Shown in pieces: positions 36,111 through 57,279 of a DNA stretch of 64,000 bases (position 1 is the first letter of the stretch; every line of letters starts with the position of its first letter). The stretch covers positions 11,502,485 to 11,566,484 of the forward strand of contig NC_134027.1 in assembly GCF_964204645.1 (NCBI RefSeq), read 5' to 3'. The notes below the pieces were generated by a model that saw nothing but the letters and a program-made list of their open reading frames with translations, was not told where the DNA came from and did not search any database. The translations under genes were made by a program, and so were the position numbers. This stretch comes from Tubulanus polymorphus (lineage: Eukaryota; Animalia; Nemertea).

Positions 36111-36249
36111 GATATAATCAGCCTATAAAAACGAAATTAAAGTCACGATCAGTTACTCGATCGATCGCCGCAACATTTGTGCGGCTGGAATTGGTATGAC
36201 CTAGGAAAATCGGGATAATTTGAGCAGTTAAATGTCAGAAACGTTACCT

Positions 36250-36713
36250 GTAAGCGTGTGTGCCGGCGAGAGAGGTTACCAGTGACAAATCAGCTGATTG
36301 GCTAGATACCGTTTTACGTCATAGTCACGAACGCGCATGCGCTTTTTTCGTTTGCGGGTTCGAACCCCACAATTCGCCACCAAAAAATCTGTTCAAAACT
36401 GCATAGTGATAATTCATAAGGGTATCTTTTAACAAATATCAATTACATTAAAAACATCCAATTAGGTCTACCAGGGAAAGTGAAGTTTAGTAAGTTCCTG
36501 CGAGTGCCATCACGACACATGTCAGTAATTATCTGAATCCGATGATGAACGTTTTACGCTTGCCAGTTTACTTAATTATTATATTTCTGCCAGTCAAAAT
36601 TCAGTTACGGGCGACAAAAGATCCTCAACAAATAGTACTTTACTTTCGATTTAAAGTTGGATTCGAACCTATTGGCCAGGTGCAACTGCGCGTGCGCATT
36701 GTCTTCAAGCAAC
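36250..36713. promoter_or_regulatory. Putative bidirectional promoter between SLC25A3 and PDHB
   Basis: Divergent genes with start codons about 600 bp apart. NRF-1-like GCGCATGCGC (36333-36342) and TGCGCGTGCGCA (36687-36698), ATTGG (CCAAT) boxes at about 36297 and 36671, and CRE-like TTACGTCA at about 36314. Confidence 0.65.
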
Positions 36714-44916
<8,203 letters not shown>

Positions 44917-45972
44917 GGTCGGATTCGTCGAAGAAATTCGTAACGATTTTGTAGATTATTGATGATGATGATTATTTATTGACATTTGCGATGAGTGATA
45001 ATATTTGAGTTGGAAAAACGAAGAAACCTACGACTAATAAACCTGTGCTTTTGTGATCAATCAATATTTGAAAACTACGAACGAAATGTGTTGTACCATG
45101 CTGTGCAATTTTAACTAGGAAAATGTGTCGCATATTATACGACAATAGAAATGGTAAGCCATTATTTTAGAATTGTTGAAGATATACATGTGCCTAATTT
45201 GGTAGAATATTTTTGTGCTACTCAGTTTTGTTTTGTTGGTTTTTTTGTTGTTGTTAAATACAAAGTTCCACATATCTTGTTCTCGGGCCAGAAACCATGA
45301 ATGCGGTAAATTGACTATATGTGATACCGGTATTACTAAACTTTTATAAACATGAATGTATGGTGCTTTGTTGTTTTAGTTTTCGAGACATCAAACCCGG
45401 CATAAGTTCCCACAGATTTTTTTAGTCGGATAGGTGAATGTGCAGGATAGATAGAAAAACATTTCTCTATGTATCGTATATAATTCGATAAAATAAAATA
45501 ATTTCGTGAAAATAATGATTATTGTTTTTTTTTGTAAGTCGATAGAGGCGAGGAAATGTAGAATCCTAAGACTAAATTGTCTTGATCGTAGTCAGTAAAC
45601 TCATTGCTTAGTTGCGCTATTAGATGTTTTTGCAAACGACACCTAATGACAAAAGCTAAAACCACCAACAATTAGATACAACGATTGTGACAACTGTTGA
45701 TCTCGATGGAACGATTTATCTGTTATATGGAACATATTTTATGGTCCCTGAAGTTCGTCATAAACACTTCTATGGTTATAACGAGGTTCCACCAGCTACA
45801 CAAGACCAGGAGGTGCTGCCACCAAATGTGTACGGTTGACACAAGAACTATTCCAAGATGTCAGCGCCCAGTAAAAAATGAATTTTTCCTCAATCCATAG
45901 AAGTTTGCTTACACTTCTATGCTAAAACTGCCCTACCTTAATTACTATTTGACTATCTTGACGCACGATACA

Positions 45973-48900
45973 ATGGACAATTTCAACGTCACATGGCAGA
46001 GACCACCCGCAAGGCCGGGATTATTGTGGAAATTGAGTAGTGCTCTGATAATTGGAAGTGTATCGGTAATGAGTAAAATTACATTAGGTGTGTACGAAAT
46101 TAAAATCATGAATTGATGAAATAATAGCTGTTTATCAAAAGAGAATTTCACCAAGAATCTTAGTGTCTGATGTACCACAGTGGTTACACAGGATCGTAGA
46201 GCAACGTAGATACACTGTGGAGACAGCCACTGCCAGGACTGGGTGAAAAGAGAATATGTGAATAAGTGACAGATGCTGTCATGACTCATGGTAGTTAATT
46301 AGTTACCTAATCGTTGGTGGTAAGCTTTTTATAATTGGATGGCTTATACCAACAATATCCAATTGTGAAACTAAACCACAGACAGGTTACTGACTACTGC
46401 CATGGCTGATTTAGAAAGTGAATAGGCAATAGGGTCTAATGTCTATTTATTAATGGATGAGACCTGTTTTTCTTGGATATTTTGCTTACTTTTTGGGGTA
46501 CATACCTCATTTATGTCTTAACAGAATGCCAAAAGTCGCGGACAACAACTGAATATCCGATATATTTCCAGTTCTGTACCAATTAGATGGATTGGCAAAA
46601 AGACTCCTTAAGTCCAGTTGAATGAGAGAGAAAATCCTCCATTTTGTGAAATTTCTTGAATTTTTACATTGTCACCATGCCTACAAAATGAAGTTATTTT
46701 TCTTGTGGGGTCTCAACAACTAAATCAGGGTGGCGTAGGCATGGTAACAATGTTCAAATCCAAGAAATTTGACAAAATGGAGGATTTTCTCTCTCATTCA
46801 ACTGGACTTAAGGAGTCTTTTTGCCAATCCATCTAATTGGTACAGAACTGGAAATATATCGGATATTCAGTTGTTGTCCGCGATTTTTGGCATTCTGTTA
46901 AGACATAAATGAGGTATGTATCCCAAAAAGTAAGCAAAATATCCCAGAAAAACAGGTCTCATCCATTAATAAATAGACATTAGTACAGTATGCCATAGAT
47001 AGGTAGGCCTGCCATCAGGTTTTAATCCCTGCCGAGGGAGGACGAGTCCTGGAAGGTGGTTTTATCCAGAGTATACTCTATGACACACTATGATCCTAGT
47101 ACGAAGGTCATTGACGTAGGTTGACTGTGTTACCGCCAGCAGTACAAATTAGTATTAGTGCACCATGTCTCTCCCCAGTTACAACCAACATGTGCTGCTT
47201 TGTGACTGACAGGGACTAATAGGCCTAATATTAGTCGTACAGTATCGCCGATGATCACCATTGTCATCAGCGACTCACTGGTTAAACGATTAAAGTTCAA
47301 CCGCCTTTTAACTTTTTTGCTGGAAAAGTGACCCTTTTCTTTGTTCGACACCCTGGTTCACCCCTGGAACTACCGCTGTTGGTGTTGGATCCAGGATTTC
47401 AGAAGGCAGTGGTTCAGGAGACAAAAGGCATATTTCATTTTGTGACAGATGATCACATCGAAAACAACATGCGGGCTGAGGCACATCCGGGTGCATTGCA
47501 GTTTTTGAATATTCCCTGTGACTCCCTGAAAATTTATCAACCACGCGAAGGCAGTTTCTGCTTGTTTTCAAATTTTTCAATCGAACAGCCTTGAAAAATG
47601 GCAACTTGAAATGTCATATAGTGGACAACGGCCTATTGCTTAAACTGCATTCTTCCGATCGTATGTCTTAATTGACTCTCTTCACCCAGTGTGTCTACAC
47701 CGCAGTGCGGTGTATAAATCAGTGGTAGATTTTGCTAGTACACCGCACTGCGGTGTATTGATGTAATTAGTAATTATCTCTCTTGAAAAATGGCAGCACC
47801 TGTCAAGCATAGTGAAATACTAGTAACTAACGATACACCGCGCCGTGGTGTAGATGCACTACAGTGGTATTCCCGTTATTCAACACACTAGGGTGGAATT
47901 TTTTTAAATTTTCAAATTATCTCCAGCACTATAGGGTATTAATTAGTCAGCACTGAAAGGGTTGATAGGGTCTTTAGACTTGGCTAAAGATTTTTGCTTC
48001 CCGGATTTCAGAATGGCTGAACAGGTTTAAAGTTTTCAACAGAGAAATCATTCATAAAGCAGTGTTGAATAGACCTAAAGGCCAACCGTTGATAACAGTG
48101 TGCAATCATGTATCTTGCTTAGATGATCCTGTAATGTGGGGTAAGCAAAATTAAATAATGTCAGAATTTTCAAGCTATTGTGTTAAGGCTGCTGCTAAAG
48201 AATCCAATTTAAAAAGCCTACATGTGTGATGATCACACATGTAGTTTAATAGTATTAATGCAGGTATCGATCTGCAGCCTGTAGCCACCCCTCGGTTTTT
48301 TCGGTGTTTATAGATTCACTTATGGCACAAAATCTGTATCCAGTATCTTAAAAAGAGTGAACGTATTGCTTTATTTTGCAGGTGTATTGCCATGGAGAAT
48401 GATTCTATTTCGCAGCCCATCCTTGCGCTGGTCATTAGCCGGACATGATATATGTTATACCAAAAATTTTCATTCGTTGTTTTTCACGCTGGGAAACACC
48501 GTACCCATTGTCAGAGGTAACGGCGTTTATCAGCAAAGCATGGACTACGTTATTGACAGAATGAATCAAAGAGGTGATTGGATCCATATATTTCCAGAAG
48601 GTGTGTATATTAAGTAGACCCCGCTAGAGTTTGATCTTACTTACAACGTAAGGTTTAGTCAGAAGAATATATGATCTAGGTTAATTCACAGTTACCGGTT
48701 GCTTTGGGAAGAGATCCTTTACTGGACAGGTTTTTTCTGTGAATCAATTTCACACAAATGGTGGCTATCTTAGTTTTATCAGTCCTTATTCGTAGATGGG
48801 AAAAGGTTTTTAGCCCACTTGGGACTTTAGTCCCAGCGGGCTTTTGCGTTCACTTTTTGAACTTTTTGAGGGAAATTTTGAAGACGCTTAAATCAATTAC

Positions 48901-51900
48901 CTTGATCTTTCGTATGTATTTGAATCCCCCAAGGGCCCATCACCATAAGAAAAATTGGGTCGATCGGTTTCAAGATAGCAGTCCTATGACCTTTTTAGTG
49001 CCCAAAAATGTCAATTTTGGCCCAAATTCTGAGTCCTGTAGCTTCCTACTGGTTTGCCATTTCTCATTGCAATTTGTGAAGGGTATTCTTTGGAAAAGGA
49101 TGTTTTATACCTGAGACAGGTATTTTTGATCGGCCAATTATGACGCAATTGGCGGCCATCTTGGTATCATCAGTACTCATTCGTATGTGGGAAAAAGTTT
49201 TTCCACATTATATTGATACCTAAGCATATTTTGTTACCACAATCAATTGCAAAGTTGTAGCTCATGACATTGCTTATGATTGTGGTGAGTTTTAAGGACA
49301 TTAGTTATTCTATATGGTCACCAGGGGGCGTTGAATAGTAGAAAAACTTAGTATTTCCTTATTAGATTGGTACCTAGGCATATTTTGTTACCATGATCAA
49401 TTGCAAAGTTGCAGTTTATGACATGTTCTATTATAGTGGTGAGTTTATTATTGTGGTGAGTTTGGGTTTTGCATATGGTCACCAGGGGGCATTGAATAGT
49501 AGAATAACTTAGTATTTCCATATTATATTGGTAACGAGGCATATTTTGTTATCACAACCAATTACAAAATCGTAGCTGCTGCCATGTTCTATGATTGTAG
49601 TGAGTTTCATTGGTGTTTGTATATGGTCACCAGGGGGCGTTGAATATTAAAATTGTTAGATTGTTGAGCATTGGAAACCACTTCCCAAGTGGGCATGGTG
49701 TCCCTGGACCCCTAGTTTGATATTCGAGCATGTTTTAACTTATAATCTTGATATATGATAATTGATAGCACTGTCATATGTAGTTAGTTACCTAATCATT
49801 GGTGGTGAGCTTTGATAATCGAATGAGCTTATACCAACTGTGGTTTATGAAATTATCAGATCGTGAAACTAAACCACAGACAAGTTACCGATTACTGGCT
49901 GTATCATATGGTACATCTCACATTCATTCGTAGATTTTTGAGTTCGCCATAGTATACAAGGAGCGATTGCACCTTTCAACAAAAGGACTGCTATCTCTGT
50001 ACTTTCATTGTCAATTTCAAAATTAAACCTCTTGTTTCGTTCCGGGCAGGCCTGGTGGGTTTGTAAGGAACACCAAATCAATCAACCAATATAAGACGGA
50101 CAATACCTATCTCAAGATCGAAACTGCTCCATGAAACATGCACCATTTTAGTACCTTGTATCTGTATCTATTTCTCAGGCAAAATCAACCTTCAACATGA
50201 ATTTATACGGTTGAAATGGGGTAAGTTCAAAATCAAGCCATTAGACAAAAATCAATCAATGACGAGATTTACTTTGTCATTTGTGAATACCCGTACTGTG
50301 ATATGATAAGTTAAAGTTGAAGATTATTGTATTTGCAGGTGTTGGAAGATTAGTTGCTGAATGTAAAAACAATCCAATTATCATTCCGATATGGCATGTG
50401 GGTAAGTCCAACAATTTCTGAGTAACTTATGCTTATATTGACAATTAGAACCACATTGTTAACATGTAAACAGTAGTGGTATGTGATATTTATCCAACTT
50501 TGGAGCAACCCGCCCGTGCTGGCTTATTGTATCCGTCATATTTTCTAAGCATTTCATTTATTTTGATAGGTATGGACAATTTCTTGCCAAATAAAACACC
50601 GTATATACCACGTATGGGACAGGTGAGCTTATTGCGTCAATGCGATATCTTCTTTTGATTAGGTTCATTCATGAAAAAAACAAAAATTCAGCAAATACAG
50701 CAAAGTTGGATCAGCATAATGTAGGCCTATGGCACGCCAAAGTGGTAATAATACAAAATAGCAAACTCTAACAAAATTTTCCATCTGGAAAAAATAATTT
50801 CATAGTACAATGAAATTCTACATCTTGTATGAAATGATTTCAATGGTTTCTTGTCTATGATTCTTATCTATGATTATTTCCGATATTGCTGTATTCAAGT
50901 CGCAAAGATGCCCCTGTCAGAAATTCGCGTAAATCGTACTATCAACAATACTATTCAAACCACTGGCTGCAGTGGTGATTAGACTTGGCTCTGTTTCTCT
51001 ATAAGTCATGGTTGTTGTTTGAAAGCTTGAAAATCTGACTTTTTTCTAGTTGTAGAAAATTTTCCAGTCCCAAAACATCTAACTTACGCATGATTTACTT
51101 GTAGTAATTTTTGTGTATTTTGAGTTGAAGTGTTGAATATTTAAGAATTACTGTTCCATTATTTGCATCTGTTCTGGTTTGTTTGTTATTTAGAAAATTA
51201 CGATGCTGGTTGGCAAGCCGTTAGATTTATCTGAACAATTGAATTCACTTCGCAGTATGAAAAAGACATCGGTAAGTAAAAAACAGCCAATATTACAGAA
51301 AACATATAAAATGGCTGGATCGCACATTAGCCTGTTATTGATCCTAATGTGCATGAATACTGCAAGTAGTTCTTGGATTGATTTGATTTGATTCATTTTG
51401 CATAAATAATTGGTACAAGGATTATAACATAATAGTTATTACATAATATATAGTCGGTGTAACAATAATTTATGCGAGGAATTGAAGAAAAGCCAATAAG
51501 GCTTATACTAGTCTAGTTCTGGATTGGTCATTGTTTGTTTTTAGCCCACTTAAGGTGCCCCAGCGGGCTATTGCATTCACTTTTCTTCTGTTCTTCTGTC
51601 TGTAAATGGAATACACTATTTTGGGCAGTTTTGAAGATGCTTCAATGGATTGTCTTGATATTTGGTTTATACATGTGCCGAATCTACCATAGATATGTCT
51701 GCTGTCTAAAAATTGGCCCAATCAGATTCAAGATGATTTGCCAATTTTCATTTTGAAATTAGTGATTATTAGAGTGGAACTTCACAGGACCAGAAAATAT
51801 GTTCGTTATAACCGATAGTTCGTTATATCCAGTATGAATTGAATTTTCTTACTTGGGACGAAATTCTATATTTGTTATATCCGATGAATTGTTGTATCCG

Positions 51901-53032
51901 AGTTCGTTGTAACAAGGTTCAATCAATCAATCAATTTTTACGCAATTTGTTGCCTTCTTTTGTCTCATCGGTCTTCATTCATAGATGGTTTTTTTGAAGA
52001 AAATATCTCAACAGATCTTAACTTAAAGTCCTGATATTTGATCAGCATTGTCATGGGATACATCTCCTGTGGAATTGGTTTGATACAATTTTGTACTCGC
52101 CAGCAGGGGGAGTTGAATATTGAATTATACATGATTACCCCTGGTAGTTTATTTGTATTGAGTTTCAAGCTCATTGGTTTCGGTATTTTTCTCATTGGTT
52201 TCAATAGGGGGCATAACATAGTGGAATAGCATGGTATTTCCATATTCATTGGTACCTATGCATATTTTGTAACTACAGTGAACCCCCGATATACCGCCTT
52301 CCCATTTGCCGCCACCCCACCTACCGCCAGGTTTTCTCAATATACATCTCAGTACAAATACACCCCTGATATACCGCCATACTCTCTATACCGCCAAAAT
52401 CATTCCGCACCGATGTGGGCGGTATATCGGGAGTTGACTGTATTATCAAATGTGGTGCGTTTCACAGTCATTAGTTTCTGTATATATTCACCGGGGTTGT
52501 TGAAAAGCATGATAACATAGGACGGTCAAAGCTCGTTATACCGCCATCCATTATACCACCAAATTCAGCTATTGCCAGGAATTTCCTTGCGCTCAGTTTA
52601 TACATACATATCGGTATCGATATTTATGTAAATAGCACTTGTTATACCACCTCTCACCCTCCGCCATAACGTCAACGAAATCCTAGAACGGTCCAACATT
52701 TATATTGTTACCTACTTGGTATGCACCTTATGTTATCACAATCCATTGCAAAATTCTAGCTCATGAATTGTTTATGATTGTGGTTACTTTCAAGGTCATT
52801 GATTACCAGTACTGTATTTGATCACCAGAGGGCTTGAATATTGAGAGATTGTCAGATTGTCAAGCATTTTACTAAATTGGCATGATGTTTCTAGCCCCCT
52901 AGATTTGTACCTTATGATTTCCTATTTTCTTTGCAGACGGAAATTCGTAAGCATATAACAGACATTATTCAGGACGAACTTCAACTGTTGAAAGTCTCAG
53001 CGGAAAAATTACACGCAGAACGAAAATCATGA
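45973..53032 (+). CDS. TAFAZZIN: Tafazzin (cardiolipin transacylase), 8 coding exons, about 264 aa
   Basis: Exons 45973-46087, 48012-48140, 48382-48600, 50179-50220, 50339-50401, 50570-50622, 51194-51271 and 52937-53032 (795 nt, in frame). Motifs [18 protein letters not shown] (HxxxxD), [16 protein letters not shown] and RLKWGVGRL. AATAAA at 53035. Confidence 0.94.
46437..46982. mobile_element. About 545-bp near-perfect foldback element (TAATGTCTATTT termini) in tafazzin intron 1
   Basis: TAATGTCTATTTATTAATGGATGAGACCTG ... CAGGTCTCATCCATTAATAAATAGACATTA, with about 245-bp arms and few mismatches. A decayed right end of the same element lies at about 20780-20827. Confidence 0.9.
47676..47961. 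mobile_element. piggyBac-like MITE with internal TACACCGCAGTGCGGTGTA palindromes
   Basis: Right end CAGCACTGAAAGGG (reverse complement CCCTTTCAGTGCTG) and degenerate left end CTCTCTTCA. TTGA flanks both sides. Three palindromic copies inside. Confidence 0.5.
48807..49718 (+). mobile_element. Helentron-associated (HINE/DINE-1/pearl-like) non-autonomous element with about 150-160-bp internal tandem repeats
   Basis: T-run at the start, 5' hairpin AGCCCACTTGGGACTTTAGTCCCAGCGGGCT, subterminal inverted repeat CCCAAGTGGGC at 49684-49694, a short 3' stem and CTAGTTT end. The unit marker TGGTCACCAGGGGG occurs at 49315, 49476 and 49624. Confidence 0.7.
51538..52906 (+). mobile_element. Older HINE-like copy with nested MITEs
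   Basis: TTTTTAGCCCACTTAAGGTGCCCCAGCGGGCT start, degenerate internal unit and related 3' end GGCATGATGTTTCTAGCCCCCTAGATTT. Confidence 0.55.
52276..52440. mobile_element. Tc1/mariner-type MITE, TA TSD
   Basis: TA|CAGTGAACCCCCGATATACCGCC ... GGCGGTATATCGGGAGTTGACTG|TA. Confidence 0.8.
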
Positions 53033-53904
53033 CGAATAAACTATTTATTTAGAACCTTTTAAATGCCCGATTACAGTGGAACCGTGTCATGAAAAACAAA
53101 GAATGTTTTAAGTGAAAATAATATTTGATCGATCTCTGTTGCAATGAACTATTTCCTGAGCTGCTAACTGACCCTGATTTTCTGTAGTAACATAGGAGCG
53201 GTACTCATCTTCCCACTTGTTCTGAGAAATATTGGATGATTTTTTGAATGTACAGAAAATGATAGCATTAAAGGTGTTAGGGACCATACGTGAGAAATCC
53301 CACAATAATGCAGTACCTCTGATGATGACTAATAGTTTTTAGCCAAAATCTTGCTCAAATATACGGTACAGTTTAGAATTAACCCGTTTTAAAGTTTTTT
53401 TTTGCGAGGGTTGTACTGTTGATTGCTGATTGCTCATCAGTAGTTACTGATATAGTAGAACCTTGTAACAAACTTCAGGATACTAGAAAGTCTGTTGTCA
53501 GGCCTGTTTTCATGGGGGGGGGTTTCTGGGGGTTCAAATCCACATCAAATTTTCTAAAATCTTCTGCAAGGACCTGATGTTCGCTTGACCACCTCACAAA
53601 GAGTTCCACTTTCAAGAAAATCAAACTCCCCCTAAGACATGGCTGGCTACGGTCCTGGTTGAATACCTTATTCGAAGTTCGTTATGATAAGGTTCCATTG
53701 TGGCACTGTAGAACCATGTAAACCATGGTAGCCATGTAGGATCAGTTTGTACAACGAATGATCATTTTCTCCTGACGTTCACTGCAATGGCGCGGTTCCA
53801 CTGATATTGTTTACTAGTGAAGTATTGTCAAATGACGCGAATCGTTTTCCATCCAATGAAAATTAATTCAGATCACTGCTTTTAGTAGAAAAAAGGGGTG
53901 CAAA

Positions 53905-54148
53905 CATGGTTCCCACAGAACAGGGAAAATGGGAAAAACTTGGGAATTTTGAAATAATAATTCCAAGTTTAGAAATATTTCTTCAGCGATTCCCCTTGAA
54001 AATCATATTTATCAACCAGTCACCGCTAAAATGTTGACTGTAACATGACGATATGTGTTGATTTCTATTTGGGAAAATTGAAAAATCACCCATGAAATAC
54101 TTGGGAAAAACTTTGGAATTTCGAATTCATGTAACTGTGGGAAACATG
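53905..54148. mobile_element. hAT-like MITE with 6-bp TSD, copy 1
   Basis: CATGGTTCCCACAG ... CTGTGGGAAACATG, flanked by TGCAAA on both sides, with GGGAA subrepeats. Confidence 0.85.
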
Positions 54149-54214
54149 TGCAAATCTTTAAGTTATTGAAGTGTTATGCGAGATATTTTTCTCAAATAGA
54201 TTGTATTTGTAATT

Positions 54215-55122
54215 GAATTGCGTTCACTTTTTGTCCGTCGTCCGTTCATTCGTACACAGAATCAAGTTATTTTTGGACGTTTTCCTCACGTTTTGCTGAT
54301 ATTTGGTTTATACGTACATTTATCTACCCTAGACAAATCTGCATCAGAATCAATATAGCTCACTGGTGATCCTCGTTGTGCTACAAAATAGATACAAAAT
54401 CTAATGGGAAATTCCGACGACGCTTTGATCAAATGTCTGAAATTTGGAAACCAAATAAATGTCTTTGGCATAGGTCATTTTTGGTCTGAATGCCGAGGCA
54501 TGTACAATTACTTTAAATATGAGGTGGGTTTACTTTTTTTTGAAAGGGTTTTTAACATGTCATATGGGTTTTTCGAACTGTCAATTGTTGCGCAGTTGGC
54601 CACCATCTTCGTCTCTCTCTCATAAGTCCTTGTTCATTTGTTATCCGGATAAATAAACCTGATATTTTGGAAATTGTAAGCATTGTCATAGAATACATCT
54701 CGCATCGATTTGGGATTTGCCTGTGTATTGTATTCACCTCCAGCAGAGCTGAATATTGAAATATAAAAATATTCAATTTGTAACCGCAACATTTGATAAG
54801 TTGTAGATCATGACTGACATGTTCCATGATGCCAAATTTCAATGTGATTTGTTTCCGTTTAATACTTAATGTTCACCAGAGGGCATTGAATGGTACAATT
54901 ATGGTTACGTATTTCCATTAGTTGACTGGCATAATAATTGGATATTTTTCAACCACAGTCAATTGCAAAAATCTTATGCTGCGTATGTTCTACAATTGTG
55001 CTGAGTTTAGACATCATTTGCTGCTGCATTTGTTGGCAATTGGGGAATTTAGATTGTCAGATTGTCAGGTATTTCAGTACCACTTCCATAGTGGGCACGG
55101 CGTCCCTGCACCCCTTACGTTT
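54215..55122 (+). mobile_element. Further decayed HINE-like copy
   Basis: TGCGTTCACTTTTTGTCCGTCGTCCG start region, one internal unit (CACCAGAGGGCATTGAAT...) and 3' end AGTGGGCACGGCGTCCCTGCACCCC. Confidence 0.45.
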
Positions 55123-55383
55123 AGAAGTATTAAGTAGTATTTTACACCAAATGTGTGTTTTATATGAATGAATGTTCATGGTTAGGTTTAATTAAATAAA
55201 ATTCATTCCATATATATTTGAAATGAAATCAAATTTTTTTTAGTATCCAGTTTTCCGCTCGTTTCAACGTATGTACGCAACATACATATTCATAAATTAG
55301 TGAATTTTACAAAGGTTTTTGGATGGTTTTCGATTCCCTGCTTCCTACCGCGTCCCAGTATCTGATCAAATAGTTATACTGTA

Positions 55384-55744
55384 CATTGTTCCCACAGAAC
55401 AGGGAAATTGGGAAATACTTGGGAATTATGAAATTTACCCTAGACTTAAGCATCGTATCGAAATGATGATTCCCAGTTTGGAAATATTTGGGAATTCGGA
55501 AAAATTTTCCTCACGTCAGGGAAATGTTTGGGAAATTCATTTACAATTCACGTAACATTTGCCAAGGGCAACTTTCTTCAGCGATTTCTCTTGAGTATCA
55601 GCTTTATCAACCAGTCAACACTGAAATGTGCGACTGTAGCATGATTGTATCTGTTCATTTCCATATGGGAAAATTGAAAAATCACCCATGAAATACTTTG
55701 AAAAAAACTGGGAATTGTTTATTCATGTAACTGTGGGAACCATG
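55384..55744. mobile_element. hAT-like MITE with 6-bp TSD, copy 2
   Basis: CATTGTTCCCACAG ... CTGTGGGAACCATG, flanked by ACTGTA and ACTCTA. Internally similar to 53905-54148. Confidence 0.8.
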
Positions 55745-55952
55745 ACTCTAGTATTAACGCAACTGAGAGTAAGCGGGTCTACTACAGTCGATTGCGAGGT
55801 ATTATCAAGAACGATTACTCGGGAAGGCAATGTTTTCTCACAAAGACATTAGGCTAGCCTTTTGTGTCCTGATGAAATAGATGCTGAGATAGACCATGCC
55901 GTGATTGTACCGGTAACGACCAAACAGGCACTGGCTTATGTTGACAAGCAAC

Positions 55953-56910
55953 GCGACGCCTACCGACTCCTACCGACGCAACTGAGAGCAACCGCGATCG
56001 CAGCCCAGCTTATGTCGACTGCGCTCCGATTAGCATCAACTGAGGCCGACTATCGGGATACGAGATCCTCCCAGTTGCTTCCCTGCTTATGTCGGTCACG
56101 ATTACTGGCAACTGCAAAGGCTCAAATGGTCACGTGATAAGCATTTTGAGAATAAATTTGAATTATTAGGAAATATATTTCTATTAGAAAAGCTATTTCC
56201 ATCTTTAAGACTGATCTCTCTGATTCTGTTTTGAATACAGCGTGCTAGCGAAATCTATAAAGATGGCCGCTCACACCATCATTCTACCAATTTCGTTTCT
56301 AGATCTTCGGTCCAGTCCTCTGCCGTGCTGAAGGTTTGGTTTACGTTTTGAACTACTTGAATTTGAAAGTTTATGACTAATTACGAATGACGCTAACTAG
56401 CGGTGATAATTTGTACTATGCATATGCGGCGCCTACTGACTCCTACCGACGCAACTGAGAGCAACCGCGATCGCAGCCCAGCTTATGTCGACTGCGCTCC
56501 GATTCGCAGCAACTGAGGCCGACTATCGGGATACGAGATCCTCCCAGTTGCTTCCCTATGTCGGTCTCGATTACTGGCAACTGCAACGGCTCAGATGGTC
56601 ACGGGATTAGCATTTTGAGAATAAATTTGATTTATTTTGAATTATTGGGAAATACATTTCTATTAGAAAAGCTATTTCTTTAAGATCTTTATTTTATCTC
56701 TCTGATTCTGTCTGAATACAATGAGCTAGCGACATCATATAAAGATGGCCGCTCACACCATAATTCTACCAATTTTGCTTCTAGATCTTCGGTCCAGTCA
56801 TCCGCTGTGCTGAAACTTTGGTTAACATTTCGAAATACTTGAATTTGAAAGTTTATGATTAATTACGAATGACGCTAACTAGCGGTCATAATTTTTACTA
56901 TGTATATGCG
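55953..56910. repeat. Tandem duplication of an approximately 475-bp unit
   Basis: GACTCCTACCGACGCAACTGAGAGCAACCGCGATCGCAGCCCAGC...GACGCTAACTAGCGGT in units at about 55953-56425 and 56426-56910. Confidence 0.85.
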
Positions 56911-57279
56911 GTCTCTTGAACCCTTGCGCTCAGTTCCGTCGCGTCGCAGATGAGCTTATGTCGGTTGCGATCGAAAGCAACTGTCCGACTACGACACGAT
57001 ACCAGAAGTTATTCAAGGATTTATATCTCCTCTACGAAAACAACCGATAAATGACGTCAATATGCCGTGTACAGCGATGATACTGAATAATCCACGAGGA
57101 TCAGCGAACTGGGTTCGATTCCCGTGTCAAATCGAGGATCACGCGAACAACTGTCATTTGTGAAAAAGACACAAATAACAACTCATATATCAACAATCAA
57201 TTCAATGCTTTAAACGAAAACGGTACTTATCGTTATCGAACATCTGAAATAGTTAACACTACGTGTCTAAGAGGATGGA

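Noticed and set aside
46290-46397. Possible intronic H/ACA snoRNA (hairpin, ACAATA hinge, ACA), three copies in the window
   Set aside because: The second hairpin is weak, the boxes are not conserved across copies, and the ends form inverted repeats. A mini-MITE explains it better.
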